A stretch of DNA of 64,000 nucleotides from Candidatus Cloacimonadales bacterium (GTDB lineage: Bacteria > Cloacimonadota > Cloacimonadia > Cloacimonadales > JAFGVF01): positions 3,008,001 to 3,072,000 of the forward strand of contig OY759729.1 of the NCBI GenBank assembly GCA_963662585.1, given 5' to 3'. Under the pieces are notes generated by a model. It did no database searches, was not told the origin of the DNA, and was given only the letters and a program-made list of their open reading frames with translations. The translations under genes and the position numbers were made by a program. Positions 37,705 to 48,017 of this stretch are shown here, one piece after another; position 1 is the stretch's first letter; the number at the start of each line of letters is the position of its first letter.

Positions 37705-38376
37705 CTAAAATTTTACCTGGAGATTAACCATTGGAGTCATATCGTTATTAATCGTGGAATACATAGTATATTTGTCTGCGATATTTCTATTTTTATAGCG
37801 AATTAACATATCTACAAAACTAAATAGATGGTTTGCTACTAAAACACCTGAAGCAATTTTAGCATAATCTTGGTTAAAGAAATAATCTTGTCTGAGCTCA
37901 TTATATTTATATCTATTATTTTTACTATCCCATCGCCAGCTTAAGTCCTCAGGCATGGCATTTGCATTGATATAATTTTGTTGAGCAATAGGATCACCAG
38001 GATTATTTGCTATAGCATCGTTTAAAACCTCTTGATTATATCCATCTGCTTCATAATAGGAAGAAGTGTATCTACCAATTGTTTTGTAATATGTTTCAGG
38101 ATGATTTATAGGGTTAATATGAGCAAATTTAATAGCATAATTAACGCTTTGATCTTTTTTAATATCTGCTTCGTTAGTAAAATAGATTAGAGATGAAATA
38201 AAGGCAACTTCTAATCCAATATGAGCAAAACCTGCACTATGATCATTACTGATTTGCCCCCAGCCAGGAATTATTAAAGATTTTAGGGGAGAGAAACTAT
38301 AACTATCCGCTAAGATGGGAAGAGAGAGGCAGAGGATAAGGACAATGATTAGATATCTTTTAGAATTTGTACCCAT
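37705..38376 (-). CDS. Exported hypothetical protein (DUF5683-like), paralog 3, C-terminal Phe
   Basis: Signal peptide from MGTNSKRY (ATG 38376); SLIIPGWGQ, WRWDS, ANHLFSFVD; ends PMVNLQVKF. Confidence 0.65.
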   Translation of the reverse strand: MGTNSKRYLIIVLILCLSLPILADSYSFSPLKSLIIPGWGQISNDHSAGFAHIGLEVAFISSLIYFTNEADIKKDQSVNYAIKFAHINPINHPETYYKTIGRYTSSYYEADGYNQEVLNDAIANNPGDPIAQQNYINANAMPEDLSWRWDSKNNRYKYNELRQDYFFNQDYAKIASGVLVANHLFSFVDMLIRYKNRNIADKYTMYSTINNDMTPMVNLQVKF

Positions 38377-39025
38377 AGTTAAGTGAAACTCCTTGATTAA
38401 TAATATCAGGTTGAACATTTAGTGAATGTCTATTTAAGAAATCTTTATTATTTGAATTTGTTTTTATTGCACTAGAAACAGCACTGTAGAGGTGATTAAC
38501 TATAATCGAGCCAATAACAAAGCTACTATTCTGTTTATTTTTCTGTCTTTCAGCACGGTATTTTTTGTATTTATCTAGATTTTGTCTTGATTCCCAATCC
38601 CAAGCTTGATCTTCAGCAATACTATAGTTATTGACAAATTCATAATAACCATCAGTTCCATAACCATAATAGTTTTGAGCATTTAATCTAACATTTTCAT
38701 TATATTGGTCACTAGCAATTTGTTTAGATATCAAATCATAATAGCCACTACTACTATTTTTAGGTAGGCCAAGAATCTTATTGGCAAAGATTTTAGCAGA
38801 ATTATCATAATGATCTACTTGCTTTTCGAAATGAAAAAGGGTTGCTATCAAAGCAATTTCTCTGACAAGGGCAATTGATCCCTGGGAGTAATTACGGGCA
38901 TAGAAGTCACCACTACCAGGAACTGCCGCAGACATAATGAAAGACAACTTTGCAGAATGAATTTTATCAGCTGCAAGTGAAGCTATAGTTAAGCTTAACA
39001 GTAATAATAATATAACTTTTTTCAC
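38360..39025 (-). CDS. Exported hypothetical protein (DUF5683-like), paralog 2, C-terminal Phe
   Basis: Signal peptide; MSAAVPGSGDFY, WDWES, VNHLYSAVSS; ends VSLNYGYKF. Confidence 0.65.
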   Translation of the reverse strand: MKKVILLLLLSLTIASLAADKIHSAKLSFIMSAAVPGSGDFYARNYSQGSIALVREIALIATLFHFEKQVDHYDNSAKIFANKILGLPKNSSSGYYDLISKQIASDQYNENVRLNAQNYYGYGTDGYYEFVNNYSIAEDQAWDWESRQNLDKYKKYRAERQKNKQNSSFVIGSIIVNHLYSAVSSAIKTNSNNKDFLNRHSLNVQPDIINQGVSLNYGYKF

Positions 39026-39955
39026 TTAGAACCTCTGTGTAAAGAATACCATAGGGGTGAATCTATCATTTTTTGCAGTAGCTGCATAATTGAATTGGAA
39101 ATTACTTTGACTAATGTAGTTCTTATTATATTTTTTTACAGCTAAACCTGCATCAATTGAGGATACTACTCTATTTAGAACCATTCCGTAAAGGAAGAGA
39201 TTTGCTCTATCGTAAACTTCTTGAGCATCTCTTCTCATCTGGATATATTCAGCTCTCATTGCAGTATTCATTCCTTTATATGGATCTTCAGTATAGTTAG
39301 GGTTAGTAATTTCATATCCAAGAATGTAATGGTTAGGGTCATCTGAATTTGTACTCCAGTTTATGATTGGCTCTACTGATCCTTCTGATAGGCTTCCGCT
39401 TCCATTATAAGCATATTTTTCATACCAATCTGCCCAGCCGTAAATATATTTTTTATACTTACCTGCGTCTTCATAGAAATGCTGGGTATTTTGAGCATCT
39501 AATCTATAGTAGCCATTTTGTCCATCTACATCATAGATGTCTGCTGTATTTATATCGGAAACTAAGCCTTGAACAATATTTTGGAAATCTCTATTATAGC
39601 GAGTTCCTTGATATATAACAGCACCATTTTGGTCAGTTAAAGTAATAGTTTCTCCATTAACATATTTCTCGTAAGCTCTCTCTTGATCAGTAGCATCTTT
39701 ATTGTTTGACAGGTAACCGTAAATCAAAGCACCTTCAATAATAGGGAAGATATAGCCAACCCATCTTTTAGGATTTACATAGACAGAACCTGCTCCAGGT
39801 AAAATAGCAGACATTACTACAGCAATTCTTGCACTCTTCTTTTGGTAATTGACTTGGATTACACTATTATCTAAATCTAAATCATCGATAAGTGGTTGGG
39901 CAAAGATATTTATCGATAACATACAGATGAGTAATACTAATAGATATTTTCTCAT
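39026..39955 (-). CDS. Exported hypothetical protein (DUF5683-like), paralog 1, C-terminal Phe
   Basis: Signal peptide; KKSARIAVVMSAILPGAGSVY, FYEDAGKY...GWAD, LNRVVSSIDA; ends PMVFFTQRF. Confidence 0.65.
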   Translation of the reverse strand: MRKYLLVLLICMLSINIFAQPLIDDLDLDNSVIQVNYQKKSARIAVVMSAILPGAGSVYVNPKRWVGYIFPIIEGALIYGYLSNNKDATDQERAYEKYVNGETITLTDQNGAVIYQGTRYNRDFQNIVQGLVSDINTADIYDVDGQNGYYRLDAQNTQHFYEDAGKYKKYIYGWADWYEKYAYNGSGSLSEGSVEPIINWSTNSDDPNHYILGYEITNPNYTEDPYKGMNTAMRAEYIQMRRDAQEVYDRANLFLYGMVLNRVVSSIDAGLAVKKYNKNYISQSNFQFNYAATAKNDRFTPMVFFTQRF

Positions 39956-39963
39956 TATTTCTC

Positions 39964-42900
39964 CTATTTAATTACAGAAAATTTAAATTTATAGGTTGAT
40001 TTTTCTTCAACAATACCTATATAAATACCAGAAGTGAATCTTGAAAAATCAAGCACAGTATCTACATGGTCTAAATTGTTTGTTTCAATAACACTTTCTT
40101 TAAGTAGTTTTCCAGCAATATCATAGATTTTAAGCTTAGCTAATCTATCTACATTAAAAATCCTAACAGTAGCTTGATTAGAAGCAATAGGATTAGGGAA
40201 AACATAAGCTGAAAGTTTATGATTTTCATTGGTATTATTTGCTTGAGCAAGGTAGGTCAGATTTCTGTTCAGATTACCATTAACCGGTTCCCAGAGAATA
40301 GGACTCTTAGCTACTTTTTTATCTTTCCATTGAACAACTAAGGAGTTATCATAGCAATTTAGTTGATAGAAATAACTTAAGCTATCTGCTTCAGAAAGAG
40401 GAGTATAAGAGAAAAATCTCTTCTTACTTTGGTCCACAATATTTAATGATGGTTCGATAAGATTTCTTCTTGTGTCCCAAGCTATGAAGTTATTATCTTC
40501 TACAGGCAAATAAATTGTTTTACCATAAAAATCTGAATCTTCACTATTTAAGTAATCATTATTAAAAATCATTAAATCTTTACCTGGTGAAAACTCATAA
40601 TTATGAAATGTTCTAGGAAAATGAAGTGGGAAGCTTCCATCTAAGTAGTTTGCATATACTTTATTTCCAGTTGCAAAGATAACGAAAGGGCCTTGATTAT
40701 CACTATCCAAGGCTAAATTAGTATTTTGTGCAGTTTGGAATTGGGTCAAATTAGAATAGTCATAAATTTCTTTTAATTCATTTTGAGAATAGCTATAGAG
40801 TTTATTAAACTCAGAAAGGAAAATTACGAAATCTTCTTTTGTCTCACTTCCTGCTTCTTGATAACTAAGAACAACTGGTTTATTAAGAATTCTACCAGGA
40901 AGTTCTATAGTGCTATTTCTTCTTAGATCTATTAAATGATCTGTTGAAAAGAAGTACAGTCTGTTTTCTGAAGCAATAATATTAGATATAGTATAATCCA
41001 ATTCAGTAATATCTATAGTATTATTATTTGTGTTATATGTAACTTCTAAAACTTTTTCTGTTAAAGGTATATAGTATTTTCCTTCAAAATAGTGAGGTTC
41101 AGAAGTTATGACTTCATTTAGGTTGAAAGTATAAGAGCTATTATTTCTTAAAACTACCATTTCAGATTCAGTAAAGAAAATTAATTCCTCATTAGTATCA
41201 TTATCAAAATCAACTCTTTGAACTGGATATTCAATATTGTCTTGTTCGAACGCAGTATCATATTGAATAGTGTCTAAGTGATCAAAAGTATCATCATTAT
41301 CATTGAAATAATATGATTCAATATTGTTAGAATGAATCAAAGCTAAATCAGCTAATTTTGTTGTCCCTTTAAAAATAGGGGATACAGTAAGAATTTCTCT
41401 TTCAGAAATAATTGAAGATGTATTTGTTAAAATCGGTGAACCATAAGAGAATCTCATAACCTCACCAGCTTGAGAAATATCATAAATCCCTGATGAATAA
41501 GCTACACCAGAACTTGTCATAAGAGCTGGGCTAGAAGCACCATTTAGCTCTGTATTATGAATAGTTTCACTCCAACCACCAAAGAATTCGTTACCATTTA
41601 CTTCTTCAAAAATAGGCATATTTCTAAAGTAGTATTCAAAGGCTGTTCCTTTCCACCAGTAGGCATAAACATTTCCTATATCAGGAATTGCATCAGCTTC
41701 TATAATCTCAACACCTCTATTATCTACATTTGTATTGATAAAGTTGCTATCAAAATTAGAAACAAAATCGCCATTAGAGTCATAAGAACCTTGATTATAT
41801 AAAACATCATTATTAACTTTCCAGACTAAAAGTCCGCCACCTATAGCTTCACCATAAGGGCTAATAAAGGATGGTAGAAGATAATCATATTCTTGAGTAG
41901 GATTATTCAAATCATCGGCATAAGCTGTTGGATAGAGAGCTATACGATTATCTAAGGCCGAGAATACGGCAGTTCCACCATCTCCATCAGGATCAACATT
42001 ACGATTCTCAATAAGAATATATTCATCTTGAGATATGTTTAACTTGTAGATATAAGGGTCTGTTCTGTTGTTAAATCTTTTCTCAGCACAAGAAATATTA
42101 ATATCTTTAAGAGTTTCAAGATTCTCAATGTCTTTTAATATACCTCTTTGGCGAAAACTATCCTCGAACATTAATACTCGGGAATAAGCTCCAGGAAGAG
42201 CTGGGATTAGACCTTCAATTGAATAAGTCTTATTAGGTTCAGGGCCAGGCATTCCAACCTCAGTACCACCACCAGAATCCATAATATCAAAAGAACCAAC
42301 CATTGGGTAGTAACTATTAACCGCATATAAATCTACTAAGCCTAAAGAGTGCCCAAATTCATGGAACATTACACCATTTAGAGCACCATAGCCACTGACT
42401 TGAATATCACCATCAAAGTTGTACTCTCTAATATCTTGGGTAATAGTTTCGGGAACATTACAGGCATAATCAATAGTGTGGTTACCATTATCTACAATAG
42501 CTTCTTTTCCAGTACCAACCCTTATAAAGAAAGATGGTATATCACTAGGGGTATCAGCCATAACATCATGTTGCCAGTCAGAACCAGCATGAATAATCAT
42601 GTAATGAGCATAATCGGAAAAGACAATCTCTGGAGATTCGCTATCTGCAGTTTCAAAGGATTCTTTGAAGTATTCTTCCATCTTGGCAACAAATTCTTCG
42701 CTTGTTGCTCCTGGAGGATTATAGTAGGCCATAGGTTGAGATAAAGTATAACATGGCTTATCTTGAGGGTAGATATCCCAATCGAGACTATAACCACCAA
42801 GACTGGCTGCACCATAATAGTATTTCATAGCCTCAGCCATTTTATCGAAATATTCTTGATTATGAGGTGGCTTAGCTAGTTGAATTGGATAGTTGTCTGG

Positions 42901-43188
42901 TACTTGCAACTGAAATTGACCATTACCTGTTGTGTTTGGATCATCAGTAGTTTCTTCTTGAAAACCAACCAAGATTATCAAAAGTTTGTCATAGTTCTTA
43001 TTCTCTAGACGAGAAGAATTACGCTTTTGAGAATTCTTTTTTACTGAGCTTAAATATTGTTCAGCAGGATGTTGCTTTTTCTTTTGGAAGCTATTTTCTT
43101 TATAGTTGAGAAGTATTTTGTCAGAAAAGGCATACTGGGGTATAAGCCCCAGTAAAACCATAAAGGTTAATAGTTTAACTCTATTCAT
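39964..43188 (-). CDS. Secreted M6-like (immune inhibitor A type) zinc metalloprotease with T9SS type-A-like C-terminal domain
   Basis: MIIHAG, HEFGHSLGLVDLY (HExxHxxGxxD), Met-turn FDIMDSG, EYILIENR; CTD YVFPNP...IYDIAGK...SGIY. Confidence 0.85.
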   Translation of the reverse strand: MNRVKLLTFMVLLGLIPQYAFSDKILLNYKENSFQKKKQHPAEQYLSSVKKNSQKRNSSRLENKNYDKLLIILVGFQEETTDDPNTTGNGQFQLQVPDNYPIQLAKPPHNQEYFDKMAEAMKYYYGAASLGGYSLDWDIYPQDKPCYTLSQPMAYYNPPGATSEEFVAKMEEYFKESFETADSESPEIVFSDYAHYMIIHAGSDWQHDVMADTPSDIPSFFIRVGTGKEAIVDNGNHTIDYACNVPETITQDIREYNFDGDIQVSGYGALNGVMFHEFGHSLGLVDLYAVNSYYPMVGSFDIMDSGGGTEVGMPGPEPNKTYSIEGLIPALPGAYSRVLMFEDSFRQRGILKDIENLETLKDINISCAEKRFNNRTDPYIYKLNISQDEYILIENRNVDPDGDGGTAVFSALDNRIALYPTAYADDLNNPTQEYDYLLPSFISPYGEAIGGGLLVWKVNNDVLYNQGSYDSNGDFVSNFDSNFINTNVDNRGVEIIEADAIPDIGNVYAYWWKGTAFEYYFRNMPIFEEVNGNEFFGGWSETIHNTELNGASSPALMTSSGVAYSSGIYDISQAGEVMRFSYGSPILTNTSSIISEREILTVSPIFKGTTKLADLALIHSNNIESYYFNDNDDTFDHLDTIQYDTAFEQDNIEYPVQRVDFDNDTNEELIFFTESEMVVLRNNSSYTFNLNEVITSEPHYFEGKYYIPLTEKVLEVTYNTNNNTIDITELDYTISNIIASENRLYFFSTDHLIDLRRNSTIELPGRILNKPVVLSYQEAGSETKEDFVIFLSEFNKLYSYSQNELKEIYDYSNLTQFQTAQNTNLALDSDNQGPFVIFATGNKVYANYLDGSFPLHFPRTFHNYEFSPGKDLMIFNNDYLNSEDSDFYGKTIYLPVEDNNFIAWDTRRNLIEPSLNIVDQSKKRFFSYTPLSEADSLSYFYQLNCYDNSLVVQWKDKKVAKSPILWEPVNGNLNRNLTYLAQANNTNENHKLSAYVFPNPIASNQATVRIFNVDRLAKLKIYDIAGKLLKESVIETNNLDHVDTVLDFSRFTSGIYIGIVEEKSTYKFKFSVIK

Positions 43189-43213
43189 ATTAATCTATTT
43201 ATTTTTTATCTAA

Positions 43214-44266
43214 TTAAAATTCTAAGCTAAGTGAGAATAACTTATTATAATCGGTTAATTCTCCACCTTGTTGCATAGCGAAATCAGCAGATAATTTATA
43301 AGTATCATTGAATGTGTAATTGATACCTACACCAAATGAAGGACCTACAATTTCACCAGCTGAATCATTTACATATCCACCTCTTAAAGAGAGAAGTTTC
43401 ATATAAGTATATTCAATACCTGTATTATAGATATAGTCATTATCACTCCAGTCTGAAACTAGTCGTGTGATAAGATTATCTTCATTTGCAAGAAGCTTGT
43501 TAACATCTGCATTAATTGTTACATCAGTAAGTTCATCAGACCAGGCTTTATAAGAGATACCGGTTCTGAAATTTAGTGATAGAGGGTCTTTTTGAGAATT
43601 ATCAACATAAGTAACATCAGGACCGAAGTTCTGTAATGTTAAACCCCAAGCTAATTCACCAATGTAAGGATTATCTATATTCGCATAAGTTAAGATATCT
43701 TTAGCTTTAACACCGAAGTCAAAAGCAAAGGTCATACCAACACCTTTAGTATCAGTATCTCCAGTAGCAGGACCTAAATCAGAACGGATAAATTTAAAGT
43801 TAGTACCAAGACCCCAATTTTCGCTTACTTGATATCCGTAAGAGAGGGCAATAGCTATATCATAACTTGTAAAAGTACCTTGAGAGACTTGTTGGTCATC
43901 AATTTGTTCTTGAGAACCCATGTTCATAAACTGGATAAAAGCACCAATATTTCCGATTTCAGGATAGTATTGGTTCCAGCTTAAATATTCGTAATAGAGG
44001 TCACTTAAGCCTGAACCTTCTAACCAATTAGTGTGCATACCTGCAATTTGTGTTTTTCTATTAAAAGCCATAGCACCTGGATTCCAGTAGGGTGCATAAG
44101 CATCATCAGCTTGAGCTACAAAAGCTTCACCCATTCCACTTGCTCTAGAACCTGGAGCTATAAGCAAAAATATTAAAGCTCCTTCTGAAACAGCGGTAAG
44201 TGCTGTAGGAATTGCCATACAAATTATCATTACTGCCACTACCATCATATTTTTCATTTTAAACAT
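43214..44266 (-). CDS. porV: PorV/PorQ-family outer-membrane beta-barrel (T9SS shuttle-like)
   Basis: Signal peptide then FLLIAPGSRASGMGEAFVAQADDAYAPYWNPG; amphipathic strands; GIEY...LRGGY; terminal Phe. Confidence 0.82.
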   Translation of the reverse strand: MFKMKNMMVVAVMIICMAIPTALTAVSEGALIFLLIAPGSRASGMGEAFVAQADDAYAPYWNPGAMAFNRKTQIAGMHTNWLEGSGLSDLYYEYLSWNQYYPEIGNIGAFIQFMNMGSQEQIDDQQVSQGTFTSYDIAIALSYGYQVSENWGLGTNFKFIRSDLGPATGDTDTKGVGMTFAFDFGVKAKDILTYANIDNPYIGELAWGLTLQNFGPDVTYVDNSQKDPLSLNFRTGISYKAWSDELTDVTINADVNKLLANEDNLITRLVSDWSDNDYIYNTGIEYTYMKLLSLRGGYVNDSAGEIVGPSFGVGINYTFNDTYKLSADFAMQQGGELTDYNKLFSLSLEF

Positions 44267-44321
44267 TTATCCTCCAATGAATAATTTCGTTATTTTTTTA
44301 TAAATACTAAGGACACAGGTC

Positions 44322-44370
44322 ATTGTTGTTGTCAGTAACAACAATATAAGTGCAAAATAAAAATAGTCAA
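44322..44370 (-). promoter_or_regulatory. Putative porV operon promoter with an overlapping inverted repeat
   Basis: TTGACT (44370-44365)-16 nt-TATATT (44348-44343); attgttgtt-N6-aacaacaat at 44322-44345. Confidence 0.4.
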
Positions 44371-44422
44371 GATAATTAGCAATATTTTTTGTATTACTCT
44401 CCTAAAAAAGTTAATTAAGTTA

Positions 44423-44509
44423 TGGTGCCGAAGGCCGGACTCGAACCGGCACGAGCGTTCACTCGGAGGATTTTGAATCCACTGCGTCTACCAATTTCAC
44501 CACTCCGGC
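44423..44509 (-). tRNA. tRNA-Leu (anticodon CAA)
   Basis: Reverse complement gccggagtggtgaaattggtagacgcagtggattcaaaatcctccgagtgaacgctcgtgccggttcgagtccggccttcggcacca: 87 nt, long variable arm, GTTCGA T-loop, encoded CCA. Confidence 0.95.
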
Positions 44510-44606
44510 ACTAATTCTTATTTATATTTACTATTATTTATGTCAAGTAAAAATCATTAATTAATCTTAAAACTAGCAAATTACTTATAATTATTGTTTA
44601 CTATAT

Positions 44607-47600
44607 CTATATTTTACTGTTAGTTATGATTTCTAAATATTTTATTAATATTTCTATTGCTACTGATATTAATGAGCTATGTTTTTCATTTCTTAGGTCT
44701 ATAATAATGAAAAATGGGTTAGTATCTTCAATTCTTATAGGCTGAGAAAGCTCTTTTATCAACTGCATTACTTTCTTTTTATTAGGTTGGATTTCTCTAG
44801 GATATTCCATTACTAATTTCTTGTTTTTGATTTGACAGGAGCTAAGTCCAATTTTTTCGGCAATATATCTCATTTCGAAGTACTGAATAGCTTGAAGAGC
44901 TTCTTGAGGCATTTTTCCAAATCTATCAACTAATTCATCTTTTAAATCTTCATAACCCTCAACACTATTAAGTTCTTTCATTCTTCGATAGAGAATAATT
45001 CTTTCCTTCTCATCAGCAATATAAGTTTCAGGGAAATAGAAATCAACTCTAATCTTAAGAGCTTCTAAGTTCTCTCTCTTTTCATTTTCTTCAAAGAGTT
45101 TATTGCTGTTTTTATCAATATTGTTCATGGCTTCCCGTAACAATCTATTGTAATAGTTAAAACCAACAGATTTAATAGTCCCTGATTGTTTTGTTCCTAA
45201 GAGCGAGCCAGCTCCTCTAATTTCTAAATCTCTGAGGGCAATTTGATAGCCTGCTCCAAGATAATCATACTCAGTGAGGGCATTTAATCTTTCTCTAGAT
45301 TCAAAAGAGATTGTTTCTGGAATTAAGAAGTAAGCGTATGCTCGACGACTACCTCTCCCAACTCTTCCTCGAATCTGATACAACTGAGCTAAACCAAAAT
45401 TATCAGCACGATTTACTATCATAGTATTCGCATTAGGAATATCAATACCGTTTTCAATGATAGTAGTAGATATTAAGACATCAAACTTATTATGATAAAA
45501 ATCTATTATAAGAGTTTCTAGTTCTTTTCCTGACATCTGACCATGTCCGATTCTAAATCTTACATTAGGAAGTAAAGCTTCAAGGCGAGAAGCTACTGTC
45601 TTGATAGTTGTTACTCTATTATGGAGGAAGAAACATTGGCCTCCTCGATCTACTTCTCTTTGAATTGCATCTTTTATTACTTCTTCATCATAAGCTGAGA
45701 TAATTGTTCTAACTGGAAGTCTATCTTTAGGAGATGTCTTGATTAAAGAGATATCTTTCAATTTTGATAAGGCCATACTTAAAGTACGAGGAATTGGGGT
45801 CGCTGACATATAGAGGGTATCAACATTAGCTTTTATTTGCCTAATTTTCTCTTTTTGTCTTACTCCGAATCTGTGTTCCTCATCAACTACCAATAATCCT
45901 AATCTATCAAAAGTAACATCTTTAGAAAGTAGTCTGTGCGTACCAATTGCTATATCAACTGACCCTTCTGAAATATCTATTATATCCTGTTTTAATCTTC
46001 TAGGAGTTCTAAATCGAGATAACATAGCTATTTTTACAGGGTATTGAGCTAATCTTTCTCTGAATACCATATAATGTTGCTCAGCTAGCAAGGTAGTAGG
46101 GACTAATACAGCAACTTGATAGCCACTCATTACGGCTTTAAAAGCTGCTCTAATTGCTACTTCTGTTTTTCCAAAACCCACATCGCCACACAGTAATCTC
46201 TCCATACTAATAGGGGATTCCATATCTGCTTTTATTTCAGCAGTTGTAGTTAATTGATCATCAGTCTCATCGTAGAGAAAGGAATTCTCCATCTCTACTT
46301 GCCAAGGAGTATCTGGCTCATGGGCAACACCTACGCGCATTTTCCTTTCTGCATAGAGATTAACAATATCTTGAGCTATTAACTCAATGGCAGACTTAGC
46401 CTTTTTCTTTTGATTACCCCATTGCTTAGAACCTATTTTGTGGACTTTTGGTTCAGAACCTTCATCAGCTATATATTTACTTACCAATTGAATTTGGAAA
46501 GTTGGAACATAAATCTTATCACCATCTGCATAATTTATAACTAGACACTCAATCTGATTACCGTCTATCTGCATCTTCTGCAAACCTTCAAAAAGTCCTA
46601 TGCCATGGTCAATATGAACAACAAAATCTCCAGTACTAAGAGATTCGTAATCTACTAAAGATTCCTTTTTAGAAAAACGAGATTTGTATTTTTTATTCTC
46701 ATATCTGTTATAGATATCATGATCTGTATAGACAACCAAGTTTGCTTCAGGTAAGACAAATCCTCTACTGAGAACTCCGATAGTAAAATCAATCTTGCTC
46801 CCCATATCACTCAATAATTCTTTCATTCTGTTACTCTGACTTTGGTTATCAGATTGAATAATTACTCGATATCCTTTACCTATATATTCTTGCAAATTTT
46901 CTTCAAATTTGGCAAAGTCAGCATTGAATTTATCAATATTTTGATAATTTAAAGAACTGCTTATCTCGGCCTCAGAAATGACTTGTTGGCTATTTTGTAA
47001 AAAGATTGATTTATGGTCTTTAAGTTTTTTACTTATGTACTCATAATCTTGAAAGAGAAGAGTGGGGGATGCTAATATTTCACTAGGATGCTTACTGATT
47101 TTCCTTTGATAAAGCTGGTTAGCTTCATTGAAAATCTCAATTGTATCACCTTTTACATATTGGAATTCATCCCAAAAAATTAAGAGATTATCACCAAAAT
47201 AATCTAAGAGTGTCTGGGTTTTATCATAAAGAAGAGATACATCTTGCTCAATTCCCTGATAAAAACCTTCATCTGCAATCTTATTGAGTAGGGAAGAATC
47301 TGCTTTGACATCATGAAGAGATATTTCGCGTACAGGTAGAATTAAAGCACTATTTATCTTGAGCTTTTCCGATTTTTGGCTTTGTGGAGAGAAGAATCTT
47401 AGCGTTTCAATCTCATCACCAAAAAACTCTATTCTTAATGGTAAAGAGTGATTAGGGGAATAAACATCAATTATCCCACCTCTTTTGGAAGCTTGACCTA
47501 CTTTACCAACCTGAAATTCAATATTATAGCCTAAACCTGAAAGCTCTGATATTAACACTTCAGGGTCATATTGCTCTCCAACTTTTAATTTCTTGATATT

Positions 47601-48017
47601 TTTAAAAAGTAGGGTAGAGGGAATGAGATTTCTTAATAAAGTTCGCTGAGAACAGACATATACATTTGCTTGTTGAGAAGATAGTATCTGAGATAAAGCT
47701 CTGATGCGAAGAGCCCTGATATTAGTGTGAGGTGATCTATCCTCGTAAGGCAATACTTCATAATCAGGAATGAAATGCACTTCTTCCATAGATAACAATA
47801 CTTCTAAGTTATTCTGAAAATCCTCCGCTAAACGGTCATCAGAAACAACAACTAAAGTATTTTTATTCTCATTTCGAAAAGTATTTGCTACTAACAAAGA
47901 CTTCAAAGATAAATTAAGATTTGCTATTTGCAGTCTTTTATTTCCTTTAATTGCCTGATTAATCTCTTTAATTACAGTAGTTGCTTCTAAATAGGGCTTA
48001 ATCTTTTTGTAAAACAT
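44607..48017 (-). CDS. mfd: Transcription-repair coupling factor
   Basis: RGGIIDVY, VVHIDHGIG, MERLLCGDVGFGKTEVA, DEEHRFG, MSATPIPRTL, QIRGRVGR, RDLEIRGAG. ATG 48017 after GGAG (the track TTG 48074 is a TTGACA box). Confidence 0.97.
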   Translation of the reverse strand: MFYKKIKPYLEATTVIKEINQAIKGNKRLQIANLNLSLKSLLVANTFRNENKNTLVVVSDDRLAEDFQNNLEVLLSMEEVHFIPDYEVLPYEDRSPHTNIRALRIRALSQILSSQQANVYVCSQRTLLRNLIPSTLLFKNIKKLKVGEQYDPEVLISELSGLGYNIEFQVGKVGQASKRGGIIDVYSPNHSLPLRIEFFGDEIETLRFFSPQSQKSEKLKINSALILPVREISLHDVKADSSLLNKIADEGFYQGIEQDVSLLYDKTQTLLDYFGDNLLIFWDEFQYVKGDTIEIFNEANQLYQRKISKHPSEILASPTLLFQDYEYISKKLKDHKSIFLQNSQQVISEAEISSSLNYQNIDKFNADFAKFEENLQEYIGKGYRVIIQSDNQSQSNRMKELLSDMGSKIDFTIGVLSRGFVLPEANLVVYTDHDIYNRYENKKYKSRFSKKESLVDYESLSTGDFVVHIDHGIGLFEGLQKMQIDGNQIECLVINYADGDKIYVPTFQIQLVSKYIADEGSEPKVHKIGSKQWGNQKKKAKSAIELIAQDIVNLYAERKMRVGVAHEPDTPWQVEMENSFLYDETDDQLTTTAEIKADMESPISMERLLCGDVGFGKTEVAIRAAFKAVMSGYQVAVLVPTTLLAEQHYMVFRERLAQYPVKIAMLSRFRTPRRLKQDIIDISEGSVDIAIGTHRLLSKDVTFDRLGLLVVDEEHRFGVRQKEKIRQIKANVDTLYMSATPIPRTLSMALSKLKDISLIKTSPKDRLPVRTIISAYDEEVIKDAIQREVDRGGQCFFLHNRVTTIKTVASRLEALLPNVRFRIGHGQMSGKELETLIIDFYHNKFDVLISTTIIENGIDIPNANTMIVNRADNFGLAQLYQIRGRVGRGSRRAYAYFLIPETISFESRERLNALTEYDYLGAGYQIALRDLEIRGAGSLLGTKQSGTIKSVGFNYYNRLLREAMNNIDKNSNKLFEENEKRENLEALKIRVDFYFPETYIADEKERIILYRRMKELNSVEGYEDLKDELVDRFGKMPQEALQAIQYFEMRYIAEKIGLSSCQIKNKKLVMEYPREIQPNKKKVMQLIKELSQPIRIEDTNPFFIIIDLRNEKHSSLISVAIEILIKYLEIITNSKI

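Noticed and set aside
44423..44509. tRNA-anchored genomic island or prophage
   Set aside because: No integrase, no duplicated tRNA 3-prime end seen, and flanks are mfd and porV.
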